Of a stretch of 64,000 bases of DNA, positions 10,570 through 20,101 are shown piece by piece (position 1 is the stretch's first letter; each line of letters begins with the position of its first letter). The notes under the pieces are model-generated. The model worked only from the letters and a program-made list of their open reading frames with translations. It made no database searches and had not been told where the DNA came from. Location: the IMG/VR virus record IMGVR_UViG_3300001517_000002, positions 1 to 64,000 of that record, one strand, 5' to 3'. Source of the DNA: a virus. Taxonomy: Duplodnaviria; Caudoviricetes. The position numbers and the translations under genes are program-made.

Positions 10570-12809
10570 GTGAAGAATATACGTTTGAATTAACTCCTGA
10601 TTACGAAATGTTTTATAGTGACAGTTCATCTTTTGGAGTTTACAAGTTCAATACAAAATCAGAGTTGCCCCATTTAACGGGCAATCCTGATTTGTTTGAC
10701 CGCACTATAACATATTCTGGTGTACTGTCTGGACGTATGCAGAAACTTTATCTTGGAGATACATATAATGTGGTGGCAAAACCAGTGTATAATAAAAAGT
10801 ATAGTAATTGGCAGTATGAGCCTATTAGCATACAGGCTGCTGTTCCAAAATCAGAAGAACAGCAGAGAGCGTTTTTAAGGTCTATCCTTACAGAAAAGCA
10901 GACAGATACACTTATGGCTTCATACCCCAATATCGTTGAAGATATTATGGACGGTAAGGACGATATAGATTTTTCTAAACTTAATGGCATAGGCGAGACT
11001 ACTTATGGTATTATCAAGAAGAAAATCATTGACAATTATGTTATTTCAGATATACTTGCTATGCTTCAACCTTTGGGCGTAACAATCAGAACAATTAAAT
11101 CGCTTGAAAAATGGGAGGCTAATCCTGTACTGTTAAAGAAACAGCTTATACAGAATCCATATATTCTTACAAAGATTAGAGGATTTGGTTTTAAAAAAGT
11201 TGATACGCTTGCACTTAAAATAAACCCTGAGAGTAAATGCTCAAAAGAAAGATTAGAAGCGTATATTGTTTATTACCTTCAAGAAGTAGGCGAGAGTTAT
11301 GGTCACACTTGGGTAACAATAGACACGCTTAAAAGCAATGTAAGAGATAATGTAATTGAGTGCATTGATTTATTTGATAAGTATATTGATGATGACCAAG
11401 TAAAAGAAAATCCTTTGCTTGAAATAGGTGAGGGCAATAAGATAGGTCTTAAAAGATACTATAATGTTGAAGAATATATCTTTAATAAAGTAACAGATAT
11501 GAAAGATATTGAGCCTATTGCTATTACAGAAGATAATATTAATGATGGTCTAAAAGAAGCAGAAGATAAACAGGGGTTTGAACTTACAGAAGAACAGAGA
11601 GATGCTGTAATAAATAGCTTTAAAAATAATATTACTATTATTTCAGGCAAGGCAGGAACAGGAAAGACATCGGTAGTTCGCTCTATCTTGACAATTTATT
11701 CAAAGGCTAATTATCAGATAGGTTGTTGTGCTTTGTCTGCCAAAGCTGCTATGGTCATTAGGGAATCAACAGGATTCCCAGCAACAACAATTCATCGTAT
11801 GCTTGGTTGTCAGGGAGCAAATAAGTTTAAATACAATAAAGATAATCCGTTACCATTTAATGTATTGTTTATAGACGAAGGTTCTATGATTAGTGCAGAT
11901 ATATTCTATCTTATATTCCAAGCTATTAAGCCACAGACCAAACTGATAATATGTGGCGATAATGGTCAGCTCCCTCCAATTGGATATGGCAATATATTTA
12001 ATGATTTGCTTGATATGCGAGAATATCTCAATAGCTATGAGTTGACTAAGGTTATGAGACAAGCTGCCGACTCTGGTATTACAAGTGATGCTAATGTAAT
12101 TCGTGCTGGGAGCAACCCAATTGATAAACCTGAGTTAAAGATAGTAACAGGCAAACTTAAAGATATGACATATATGTTCCGTGACGATAGAGAGGTTCTT
12201 AACAAGCTGGCTATTAAAGCTTATATGGGAGCTATAAAGACTTACGGAGTTGATGATACATTAATTGGTGTGCCACGCAAGAAGGACTGTATAAACAGCA
12301 CAGGACGTATCAATGAAGCCATACAAGAATTGTTACTACCCGATGAAACTCGTATGATTACATACGGTACTCGCAGATATAAGCTCGGAGCTAAAGTCAT
12401 TCAGAAGGTAAACAACTACGAAAAGAATGTATTTAATGGTGATGTAGGTTATATTACAGACATATCAACCATAATGAGAGATGGTCAGAAATTGAATACG
12501 TTTACTGTTGAATATAAGTCTGGTGAAGATACAAAGACCATTGAATATGAACAGGGAGAGATAGACCAGATTGACCTTGCATATGCCATGACAATACACT
12601 CGTTACAAGGTTCTGGTTATAAGGCTGTTATTATTGTAATTGATAATACGCACTTCGCTTTACTTGATAATTGCTTGCTTTATACTGCTATCACGAGAGC
12701 CAAGAAGAAATGTTTACTTCTTGCAGAGCCTTATGCTTTTAAGAAATGTATATCTGAAAACAAGACCGCAAAACGTCAAACATGGTTTGAAAATTTTATT
12801 CCATTTTAA
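10566..12809 (+). CDS. recD2: RecD2-like SF1B helicase
   Basis: GKAGTGKT, TIHRML, DEGSM, GDNGQLPPIG, YAMTIHSLQGS, YTAITRAK; N-terminal HhH repeats. Confidence 0.9.
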   Translation: MSEEYTFELTPDYEMFYSDSSSFGVYKFNTKSELPHLTGNPDLFDRTITYSGVLSGRMQKLYLGDTYNVVAKPVYNKKYSNWQYEPISIQAAVPKSEEQQRAFLRSILTEKQTDTLMASYPNIVEDIMDGKDDIDFSKLNGIGETTYGIIKKKIIDNYVISDILAMLQPLGVTIRTIKSLEKWEANPVLLKKQLIQNPYILTKIRGFGFKKVDTLALKINPESKCSKERLEAYIVYYLQEVGESYGHTWVTIDTLKSNVRDNVIECIDLFDKYIDDDQVKENPLLEIGEGNKIGLKRYYNVEEYIFNKVTDMKDIEPIAITEDNINDGLKEAEDKQGFELTEEQRDAVINSFKNNITIISGKAGTGKTSVVRSILTIYSKANYQIGCCALSAKAAMVIRESTGFPATTIHRMLGCQGANKFKYNKDNPLPFNVLFIDEGSMISADIFYLIFQAIKPQTKLIICGDNGQLPPIGYGNIFNDLLDMREYLNSYELTKVMRQAADSGITSDANVIRAGSNPIDKPELKIVTGKLKDMTYMFRDDREVLNKLAIKAYMGAIKTYGVDDTLIGVPRKKDCINSTGRINEAIQELLLPDETRMITYGTRRYKLGAKVIQKVNNYEKNVFNGDVGYITDISTIMRDGQKLNTFTVEYKSGEDTKTIEYEQGEIDQIDLAYAMTIHSLQGSGYKAVIIVIDNTHFALLDNCLLYTAITRAKKKCLLLAEPYAFKKCISENKTAKRQTWFENFIPF

Positions 12810-12821
12810 TCAAAAAGGGTA

Positions 12822-12927
12822 TTGACAACGTACAAAATGTATGGTATAATAAGGGCATAGAAAAGATATAGCACAGGTTTGGTTCTGTGTCATATCTCAT
12901 ACCTTTTACAAAGTACAAAATGAATTG
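12822..12927 (+). promoter_or_regulatory. SigA-type promoter P2 with operator half-site and downstream motif copy
   Basis: TTGACA 12822-12827, 17-bp spacer, TGn-TATAAT 12845-12850. ACAACGTACAAAATG at 12825; ACAAAGTACAAAATGAATTG at 12908. Confidence 0.9.
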
Positions 12928-12937
12928 GGAGGAGATA

Positions 12938-13726
12938 ATGTTAAATTTAAATCAGATATACAATATTGACTGCATTGAGGGAATGAAGCTCGTAGCTGAT
13001 AAGTCAATAGATATGATATTTGTTGATTTGCCTTATCAGAAAACACATAATTCTTGGGATGTTATGATACCCTTTGAACCCATGTGGGAGCAGTTTGAAC
13101 GTATTATCAAAGATAATGGAGCTATTCTTCTTTTTGGACAGGATAAGTTCACGGCGAAATTGATGCTTTCAAACGAGAAGTTACACCGATATAATATCGT
13201 ATGGGACAAGGTTCTACCAAGCGGTTTTCTTAATGCTAAGAAACAGCCTTTAAGGTCACATGAGGATATATGTGTGTTCTATAAAAAGCCATGTACATAT
13301 AATCCTCAGATGGTTAAAGGAGAGAAATGCCATAGCAAGGGTAAGGCTGTTGGCAAGTCTAATAACGAAATTCTCAACAACGGTAATTATGGTGACTTCA
13401 AGGTCGTTGAGACTGAGGGCGATATGAAATATCCTAAATCAATATGGACGTTCTCAAAGCCACATCCGTCAGTTGCTATTCACCCGACACAGAAACCAGT
13501 TGACCTTTGCCGATATGCTATTCGTACTTACACTAACGAAGGAGACACGGTTCTCGACTGCTGTTGCGGTAGTGGTTCAATACCGTTAGCTGCTTATCTT
13601 GAGGGTAGGAACTATATTGGCATGGACAATGGAGTATGTGAAAAGAAGAATAGTGAGTATTTTGGTAAGCCGTGGGCTGAAGTAGCGACAGAAAGAATAA
13701 AAAAGGAAGGTGATTTGATTGTTTGA
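12938..13726 (+). CDS. Orphan DNA methyltransferase (N6-A/N4-C, beta class)
   Basis: DLPY catalytic motif, HPTQKP, VLDCCCGSGS SAM-binding motif. GGAGG RBS before ATG 12938. Confidence 0.9.
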   Translation: MLNLNQIYNIDCIEGMKLVADKSIDMIFVDLPYQKTHNSWDVMIPFEPMWEQFERIIKDNGAILLFGQDKFTAKLMLSNEKLHRYNIVWDKVLPSGFLNAKKQPLRSHEDICVFYKKPCTYNPQMVKGEKCHSKGKAVGKSNNEILNNGNYGDFKVVETEGDMKYPKSIWTFSKPHPSVAIHPTQKPVDLCRYAIRTYTNEGDTVLDCCCGSGSIPLAAYLEGRNYIGMDNGVCEKKNSEYFGKPWAEVATERIKKEGDLIV

Positions 13727-14837
13727 AATTAACAACAAGGTAAGAGTTATTAAGCAAAGAAAAACAAAAAACTATGAAGGTACTTGCGGCAAAGAAGGAT
13801 TTGTTGTCTACATTGACTATCAGATGAATAAATATGGCGTTGAATTTCCTGATATTGAAAATCCTGCAAGTCATTATGGACGATATTATTTTGAGGAAGG
13901 TGAACTTGAATTGGTTGAGAATAAAATCCCTACGCTTGAAGAAATCATACAGAGAGGACTGACTTGCGTAATTCATACACCAATCAAAAAAGATGCTGAA
14001 CGTGTTGTGAGTAAAATACCTTCATCAAACTCATATACAACAAGTAATGAATGGTTGGGGTATTGGGATATATATAGACAAGATACTTGTTATTATATTG
14101 TTGATGGAAGGATTGACAGTTACAGCGACAAGAATCATTTTGAAACTTGCAACAGTAGGACTGGCGTTCCATATTTAATATATGAGTTCTTAGACCTATT
14201 TGCCACAAAAAAAGTATTAAATAAAAAGGAGAGTACAAAAAATATGACAGTTACAATTACAGAAGGAGCAAGAGCAAGAAAGCCCCACGAAAAGGGTAAG
14301 CCCAAGACAATCGAGACAATATCTACTACAGTAAGAACAGAGTGTGGTCAGGCAACAACTACTTGCGACAAGTCAAGTTATTATGACATTTATACGGGCG
14401 CACTTGTAGCCGTTGCAAAGATTACAGCAACTAAAAGTGAAGAAGCATCGCTTCTGTTTAAGACTGCTATTGATATGTGGGGAACAGAGATGTGTACCTC
14501 AATACTTAAAGCTCTTGCCAATCGTGCTTTTGTTAATGACAAATTTGATTGGGCTTACAAGAAGTGGCGCAAGGCTGTTGCTTACGAAGAAAGACAGAAA
14601 GATATTAAAGCTCGTACTTGCTCTGTGTGTGGTAAGGTGTTTAAGACTATTGAAGAAGCAAGAGCGCACGAAAAGTGGCACGAGGATTGCAAAACCCATA
14701 AGACTGAGCGTAGAGAAGCAAAGCGCAGACTTGCAGAAGCAGAGCGTGAAGGAAGAATTTCCGACATTATGACTGAGCTTTTAGAGGAAAAAAACAAGAA
14801 ACCTACTGCCCCTGTAACGACCACAGAACAGAATTAA
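13719..14837 (+). CDS. Multi-domain hypothetical protein with C2H2-type zinc finger
   Basis: CSVCGKVFKTIEEARAHEKWH at 14619-14681 followed by a coiled coil. Confidence 0.7.
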   Translation: MFEINNKVRVIKQRKTKNYEGTCGKEGFVVYIDYQMNKYGVEFPDIENPASHYGRYYFEEGELELVENKIPTLEEIIQRGLTCVIHTPIKKDAERVVSKIPSSNSYTTSNEWLGYWDIYRQDTCYYIVDGRIDSYSDKNHFETCNSRTGVPYLIYEFLDLFATKKVLNKKESTKNMTVTITEGARARKPHEKGKPKTIETISTTVRTECGQATTTCDKSSYYDIYTGALVAVAKITATKSEEASLLFKTAIDMWGTEMCTSILKALANRAFVNDKFDWAYKKWRKAVAYEERQKDIKARTCSVCGKVFKTIEEARAHEKWHEDCKTHKTERREAKRRLAEAEREGRISDIMTELLEEKNKKPTAPVTTTEQN

Positions 14838-14855
14838 ATAGGAGGAAATAGAAAT

Positions 14856-15107
14856 ATGGGTAATATTATAAAGTTTTTTGCTGCATTAAGCAAGCACTCT
14901 GATAATAAACTTTGGTGTTTTATAGTCATAATTTTAACGATATTAGCAATATGGCTTGGTATTCATATTGAAATGTGGCTTTATGAAGAAATCATTATAA
15001 AAGCAATGGGAGCGAACTTAAATCCGTTGTCATTCTGGGAAATGGTTGGCTTTGATATTCTTTGTAGTATGCTTACAGGCTCATCAAGTAGCAATAAGGA
15101 GGATTAA
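14856..15107 (+). CDS. Small membrane protein
   Basis: AGGAGG RBS, hydrophobic helices. Confidence 0.7.
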   Translation: MGNIIKFFAALSKHSDNKLWCFIVIILTILAIWLGIHIEMWLYEEIIIKAMGANLNPLSFWEMVGFDILCSMLTGSSSSNKED

Positions 15108-15109
15108 TA

Positions 15110-15670
15110 ATGAGAAAGATTATTTCAATTGTAATGATAGCAGTATTATTTTCGGCTTTAAGTGTTGGTTGTGAGTATGATGATAGCAGTATCAGACAGG
15201 ACACGGAAAGAACAATTTCTGCGGCTAATAACTTACAGAGCAATCAGCCTACACCAACAGATATTGATTACTCTCTTGAAAGATATAATCTTATCAAGAG
15301 GGCATATTGGGTAAATGGTAATAGAGAAAAAGCAAATGCCCTTCCTTGCGAAATTGAAAAACCTTTAGGATATATAGTTCTTTTTGATAAGGGAGTTGTA
15401 TTTGGCAAGTTTATTGTAGATGGTAAGGTGTCCAGTCTCAATAGTTATCTTACGCCTGATAGCGAATATTACGAAATGGATATGGGTCGCTCAAGCATTG
15501 TAGATAATACTTGGCTTGCTGATGTAGATGGCTCTTATGGTTCTAATGATAATGGCATATTCTTTTTTACCACTGATGGTAAATATGTAGAATGGTCAGG
15601 TGATTATCTTTATTCCGATATTCCATTTGAAATCGATGAACCCGTTGTAACTTTTAAGGAGGTTGAATAA
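15110..15670 (+). CDS. Putative lipoprotein
   Basis: Signal peptide with lipobox-like LSVGC. Confidence 0.7.
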   Translation: MRKIISIVMIAVLFSALSVGCEYDDSSIRQDTERTISAANNLQSNQPTPTDIDYSLERYNLIKRAYWVNGNREKANALPCEIEKPLGYIVLFDKGVVFGKFIVDGKVSSLNSYLTPDSEYYEMDMGRSSIVDNTWLADVDGSYGSNDNGIFFFTTDGKYVEWSGDYLYSDIPFEIDEPVVTFKEVE

Positions 15671-16059
15671 TGAAATCATTTGGTATGATATTATCCATTA
15701 TTATAAGTATCATTTTTCTTGGTTTTATTATATTTGTTTCATGTACTCCTGCTGGGGTAAGACTTGTGAATGGGTACGAACATTCTCTTAGGTCAGCGGA
15801 CGATGATACTAATTATGAGACACGCAAGAAAGTCGAAGATACCTGTCGTTCAATGATAGCTTCTTATAACACAGATAAACTTACATATGAACAGTACAGG
15901 GATTCTGACAGCTCAGAAAAACAGGGGTGGGCTGAACAGGCTAAAATGAGAGCAAATAAAACTGCTTCAACTTATAATAATTATATTCTAAAAAATAATT
16001 ATGTATGGAAGAACGATGTTCCAAATGATATATATGGTACACTTCCTTATTTGGAATGA
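15670..16059 (+). CDS. Membrane-anchored hypothetical protein
   Basis: N-terminal TM/signal; TAATG overlap with the upstream lipoprotein gene. Confidence 0.7.
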   Translation: MKSFGMILSIIISIIFLGFIIFVSCTPAGVRLVNGYEHSLRSADDDTNYETRKKVEDTCRSMIASYNTDKLTYEQYRDSDSSEKQGWAEQAKMRANKTASTYNNYILKNNYVWKNDVPNDIYGTLPYLE

Positions 16060-16068
16060 GGTGCTATT

Positions 16069-16413
16069 ATGAGTTCAATATTATTAAATGAAAAAGATTG
16101 TTCGATTTCAATTGAAGTAGATGCTATGAACTATGCAAATATTTTATTAAAAACAGACACGAAAACACAAATAGACTTTTTAGAGCGTTTCTTTTCTATG
16201 TTATCATTTGACAAGGTGCTTGAAATATCCAAAGAGATAGGTAAAAATGATAGAGGTTATCATGGGTTAAAGAACCTTTTTGAATATGCAAACAAAAAGC
16301 ATATAGAGGTTGCCAAAGAACGATTAGAGTACGAACAAAGCGAACAAGCAAAACGTGACAGAGAATATAACGATTGGCTATTTGAACATTCGCCAGATGG
16401 TAGACCTTGGTAG
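16069..16413 (+). CDS. Hypothetical protein
   Basis: ORF with RBS in a co-oriented array. Confidence 0.65.
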   Translation: MSSILLNEKDCSISIEVDAMNYANILLKTDTKTQIDFLERFFSMLSFDKVLEISKEIGKNDRGYHGLKNLFEYANKKHIEVAKERLEYEQSEQAKRDREYNDWLFEHSPDGRPW

Positions 16414-16426
16414 GAGGAAATAAGAA

Positions 16427-16729
16427 ATGCAAGACAAGTTTAAAGTACAAAAGACAATTGATATAGATTTTGAGATTAGTGTTAAAGATTTGGCTGAAGC
16501 TTTCGCACTTGGAACTGATTTTAAGCAATTTACATTTCTGAATTTTGTTGCAGAAGAATTTAAAAGTTGGGATGAAAAAGTTCCAATGTGTAGTAATACA
16601 CAACTCCTTAATATAGCAAGTCAGATTGTGAAATATTCGCACGACACAACTATTGATGAATGGCTGCAAACTTTACTTGACTTTATTAGAGAGGAAAGGA
16701 GAAAACGTCCGTATGCTGAAAGAATTTGA
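16427..16729 (+). CDS. Hypothetical protein
   Basis: AGGAGG RBS. Confidence 0.65.
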   Translation: MQDKFKVQKTIDIDFEISVKDLAEAFALGTDFKQFTFLNFVAEEFKSWDEKVPMCSNTQLLNIASQIVKYSHDTTIDEWLQTLLDFIREERRKRPYAERI

Positions 16730-16967
16730 AAATAAGCCAGTGAACGGTAACTACATACTTCTTGATACAGTAGGAGACATAAACAATCCTGTGTTATTAA
16801 CTCCCAAAGAAAATTGGACTGCCAAAGATATAACAAATATTAGTTGCACTGTTTATAATGCAAAGACTGATAGAATGTCTACTAAGTCTGCTTATCTCAA
16901 TTTAAAGGCTAAAAGACTCTATCTTAAATCTAAAGATGGTAGGTTGTATCTTGACGAGTTTAAGTGA
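16713..16967 (+). CDS. Hypothetical protein
   Basis: AAGGAG RBS before ATG 16713. Confidence 0.6.
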   Translation: MLKEFENKPVNGNYILLDTVGDINNPVLLTPKENWTAKDITNISCTVYNAKTDRMSTKSAYLNLKAKRLYLKSKDGRLYLDEFK

Positions 16968-16976
16968 GGTGAGCAA

Positions 16977-17258
16977 ATGACAACTATTAAAGATTATTTC
17001 AATCACGAAATCCACAAGGGAGATGTCCTTTTATATAATCAAAAAGCCTCAAAGGGTTATTATTCCTCGTTCACTGAGGGCATTGCAGTAAACATAATAG
17101 GTAATGGCAAGATAGAAGTCTGTGGGGTTGATGACTTAGATAAATACAAAAATGAAAATCGTGGTCAATGGGCTTCATATTACACAGACCGCAAGTATGG
17201 TCGTAATACAGTAAATCTTGCAGCTTTAGGAATAAGAGAAAGGGTTGACATAGTTTAA
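16977..17258 (+). CDS. Hypothetical protein (KD-x-F...EI-x2-GD family)
   Basis: GAGGTG RBS; N-terminus resembles 17976-18383. Confidence 0.65.
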   Translation: MTTIKDYFNHEIHKGDVLLYNQKASKGYYSSFTEGIAVNIIGNGKIEVCGVDDLDKYKNENRGQWASYYTDRKYGRNTVNLAALGIRERVDIV

Positions 17259-17291
17259 TTCAATCTGAGTTTTATGTAAGGAGATGATGGG

Positions 17292-17588
17292 ATGGTTGAC
17301 ATACCATTTTACCAAGCGTTTAAATTAACAAAGTCAACTAATACCTTTCATCTATCAAGAAAGGTTGGCGAAGGAGAACTATCCGTACTTCTTAAACACG
17401 CAGACGGAGATATTATCAAGGTTTTAAAGGTTGAGAGTTTTTCTGGTAATGAAATTATCTTAACAGAAACGATTGCCCCCGAAACCATAGAACATAGGTA
17501 TTGGCGAGAGTGTATCGGAGATTATCTTGAACCAATCGGCAAGTTAGTAAGAGAAGATATTTTTGTAGAGGTGTTTTACAAGGTATGA
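17292..17588 (+). CDS. Hypothetical protein
   Basis: AAGGAG RBS. Confidence 0.6.
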   Translation: MVDIPFYQAFKLTKSTNTFHLSRKVGEGELSVLLKHADGDIIKVLKVESFSGNEIILTETIAPETIEHRYWRECIGDYLEPIGKLVREDIFVEVFYKV

Positions 17589-17764
17589 CCGACAAAGCCA
17601 AGAAAGCCTTTAATAACGCTCTTGCAAATGCAAGAATGGAAGGACTTGATTTTACAGACGAGCAGATTGATATGCTGACAAAACTAATTGAAAGAGTTAA
17701 TAGGGGCGAGATTACTTGGAGTGAAGCTATTAACTCTATAACAGAAAGGCATAGGAGGAAATAA
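17585..17764 (+). CDS. VbhA-like (Fic/FicT antitoxin family) small protein, missing from the ORF track
   Basis: Own translation (59 aa): MTDKAKKAFNNALANARMEGLDFTDEQIDMLTKLIERVNRGEITWSEAINSITERHRRK. ATGA overlap with upstream gene, GAGGTG upstream. Confidence 0.6.
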   Translation: MTDKAKKAFNNALANARMEGLDFTDEQIDMLTKLIERVNRGEITWSEAINSITERHRRK

Positions 17765-17769
17765 ATTAA

Positions 17770-17979
17770 ATGAGAGATGCGTATAGACTTTATAAGTTCT
17801 ATGAGGAGCTAAGAGAAATACACATGAAATATTTTCCCGATTGGCGTTTTGGTCAGATGATAAGCAACGTATTAGTTGATTGGCGTTTTAAAACAGGGAG
17901 AGATATTTTCTTTATAGAAGAAGATGAGATGATACAAATTTTTAGGGATTATGTAAAATCTATGGAGGATAACCGATGA
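17770..17979 (+). CDS. Hypothetical protein (MRD...PDWRFGQ family)
   Basis: AGGAGG RBS; motif recurrent in phage small proteins. Confidence 0.65.
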   Translation: MRDAYRLYKFYEELREIHMKYFPDWRFGQMISNVLVDWRFKTGRDIFFIEEDEMIQIFRDYVKSMEDNR

Positions 17980-18383
17980 AAGACTTCTTTGGCAAAGAAA
18001 TCCAAATAGGAGATAGGTGCATAAGATACAATGGCAGCATTGGAGGTTTAGAAGAAGTCATTGTACTTGGAGAAGATAATAAAGGTTTAAAAATACTAAA
18101 CTATCTTAACAAAGAAGTATATACAACAAGGACGGAACACAAGTTATTTAACCTATCCGCTTTTGAAAGACAAATACACTCAGAGACTTTTATCAATTCC
18201 GTAAAGGCTCTTGATGTGAAACCTAATGACGTAGTAATTGCTTCATTAATTAAAGGGCAAGTGTCTATGAATGAGTGCGCAAGCATCTTTGAACAAATGA
18301 AGAAAATGTTTCCTGATAATAAAGTTTCACTTGTTATGGGGCTGGATGTAAGTATTGAGAATGGAAGTGAAATAAATGTTTAA
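17976..18383 (+). CDS. Hypothetical protein
   Basis: GGAGG RBS, ATGA overlap. Confidence 0.65.
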   Translation: MKDFFGKEIQIGDRCIRYNGSIGGLEEVIVLGEDNKGLKILNYLNKEVYTTRTEHKLFNLSAFERQIHSETFINSVKALDVKPNDVVIASLIKGQVSMNECASIFEQMKKMFPDNKVSLVMGLDVSIENGSEINV

Positions 18384-18771
18384 CACCAAAGATAAAACAG
18401 AGAATGATTACTGGGATGGAGTGTTTGAATCTGTATGGGGAACGTACAGGGACGAAGAAAACGAACTATATCGTAATGTTTATAAGGATGAAATAGATGG
18501 GTTTATTAACAATCTAAGAAATGACTTAGATATTCTTTTAGCTGTCTATGGAAGTTATGACGTTGATGATATTGAAAGGCTATTTGCAATTCATTTCTAT
18601 GGTACATTTCACGATTTAGAGAACACTGAGAATCTTGAAAATTTGGCTATAAGATTTGACGAGATATACAGTGGGGACTTGGGTGATAAACCTAAGAATC
18701 CATACGATGAAGCACAAGAATTGTTGCATATGAGAGCCTATAACGAAAGGTTTGGTGAGATTAATGATTGA
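18376..18771 (+). CDS. Acidic hypothetical protein
   Basis: ORF within the array. Confidence 0.6.
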   Translation: MFNTKDKTENDYWDGVFESVWGTYRDEENELYRNVYKDEIDGFINNLRNDLDILLAVYGSYDVDDIERLFAIHFYGTFHDLENTENLENLAIRFDEIYSGDLGDKPKNPYDEAQELLHMRAYNERFGEIND

Positions 18772-19012
18772 TAAGAAATCTTGGAGTGAGTTTAGGAATA
18801 GCGGAATGTTATGGTTTGTGAATATGATACTGCATACATTTGGCTGGGCTTTAGTTGTGAATATTGATGACGATGATAATGTAACAAGTTGTTTTCCTGC
18901 AAGAGTAAAGTGCAGAGGCTTCAGTGTCGATTCTAATACCAAGGGATATATTGCTGTAAGCGAATAACTTAAAAATAATATTAATGACATATTAGAAGAA
19001 GCTAAGAATTGA
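18764..19012 (+). pseudogene. Small conserved phage protein with probable premature TAA
   Basis: Frame reads ...GYIAVSE*(18965-18967)LKNNINDILEEAKN*(19012). Confidence 0.45.
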
Positions 19013-19036
19013 AATTTAATTTTAGAAGGATGTGGT

Positions 19037-19357
19037 TTGTTGTTAATTACGGCAAAAGAATTAGAAGAAAAGGTTGATAGTTTTATATTATTACACCCAG
19101 AGACTTCCCACATATATGTTGTAATAAGATGGGGTTATACTGAGAAAGAAATGTTAAACAGTTCTTATCAAATTGAACTTCTAATATACGATAGCTGTTA
19201 CACCTCTAAGCCAGTTTGGGAAACAGACTGGTGGGAAGGTGAAGAATATATTGACTTCTACGGTATTTACACCGATGAAGATATAATAAAATCAATAATA
19301 AAAGTAGAAGGGAACAAGGATAATGAAATATTACAGAGAAAAGAACATAAATCGTGA
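19037..19357 (+). CDS. Hypothetical protein
   Basis: ORF within the array (WETDWWEGE motif). Confidence 0.55.
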   Translation: MLLITAKELEEKVDSFILLHPETSHIYVVIRWGYTEKEMLNSSYQIELLIYDSCYTSKPVWETDWWEGEEYIDFYGIYTDEDIIKSIIKVEGNKDNEILQRKEHKS

Positions 19358-19718
19358 TGGAATTGAAACATTTGAATACGATTATCAAAAGGGTGAAGTA
19401 CCTATAAATAAACCAATATGGGGATTCGCTTATACGATTAAGAATGATACAGCACATCATAAATATTTTAGCAAACCAGTGTTAGGAGAGCTTAAAGAAA
19501 CTAATCGCAGCTATTCCGATTGGGCTGTATTCTTTCCGTATAAAAAGAATGGTGAGATTTGCAAATCAAAAGGCGTTAATCTTAATGCAAGATACTACGC
19601 TGACACTTACGAAGAAGCTGTTGAAATGTATAACGAACTTGTCCAGCAGAGAATTGATAGACTGCATAAAGCCATTCATGAAGCCAAGGGTGATTTTATT
19701 GAAGTAGGAGGTATATAA
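19323..19718 (+). CDS. Hypothetical protein
   Basis: ORF within the array. Confidence 0.6.
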   Translation: MKYYREKNINRDGIETFEYDYQKGEVPINKPIWGFAYTIKNDTAHHKYFSKPVLGELKETNRSYSDWAVFFPYKKNGEICKSKGVNLNARYYADTYEEAVEMYNELVQQRIDRLHKAIHEAKGDFIEVGGI

Positions 19719-20101
19719 TGACAATTAAAGATTTTAAAATCGGAGATGAAGTAATCTATCTTGATTTTAATGGCAGAAGTAATGTCGAACAGGCAACTAT
19801 TAAAACTGGCTATGTAAAGTATGTTGGTCGAAAGGTTGTTAGAGTAGGTAAATTCAAGGACGATGAATATGGCTATGACTTTGTTATAAGCGATTCTGGG
19901 CTGTGTCTTGAAGTTAATTACAACTGTTCTTGTTCTTCAAGATATGACTTGGTATTTCGTAGTAAAGAGGACTATGAAGTGTATACTAAGTATCGTAAAT
20001 TAAAAACTTGGGCTTATGGATTTGATTTTGATAGGCTACCATATGATAAGCTTTCATTAATATATGATATTGTAACACAGAAGGAAAAGAAAAATGTTTA
20101 A
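19718..20101 (+). CDS. Hypothetical protein
   Basis: AGGAGG RBS, TAATG overlap. Confidence 0.65.
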   Translation: MTIKDFKIGDEVIYLDFNGRSNVEQATIKTGYVKYVGRKVVRVGKFKDDEYGYDFVISDSGLCLEVNYNCSCSSRYDLVFRSKEDYEVYTKYRKLKTWAYGFDFDRLPYDKLSLIYDIVTQKEKKNV

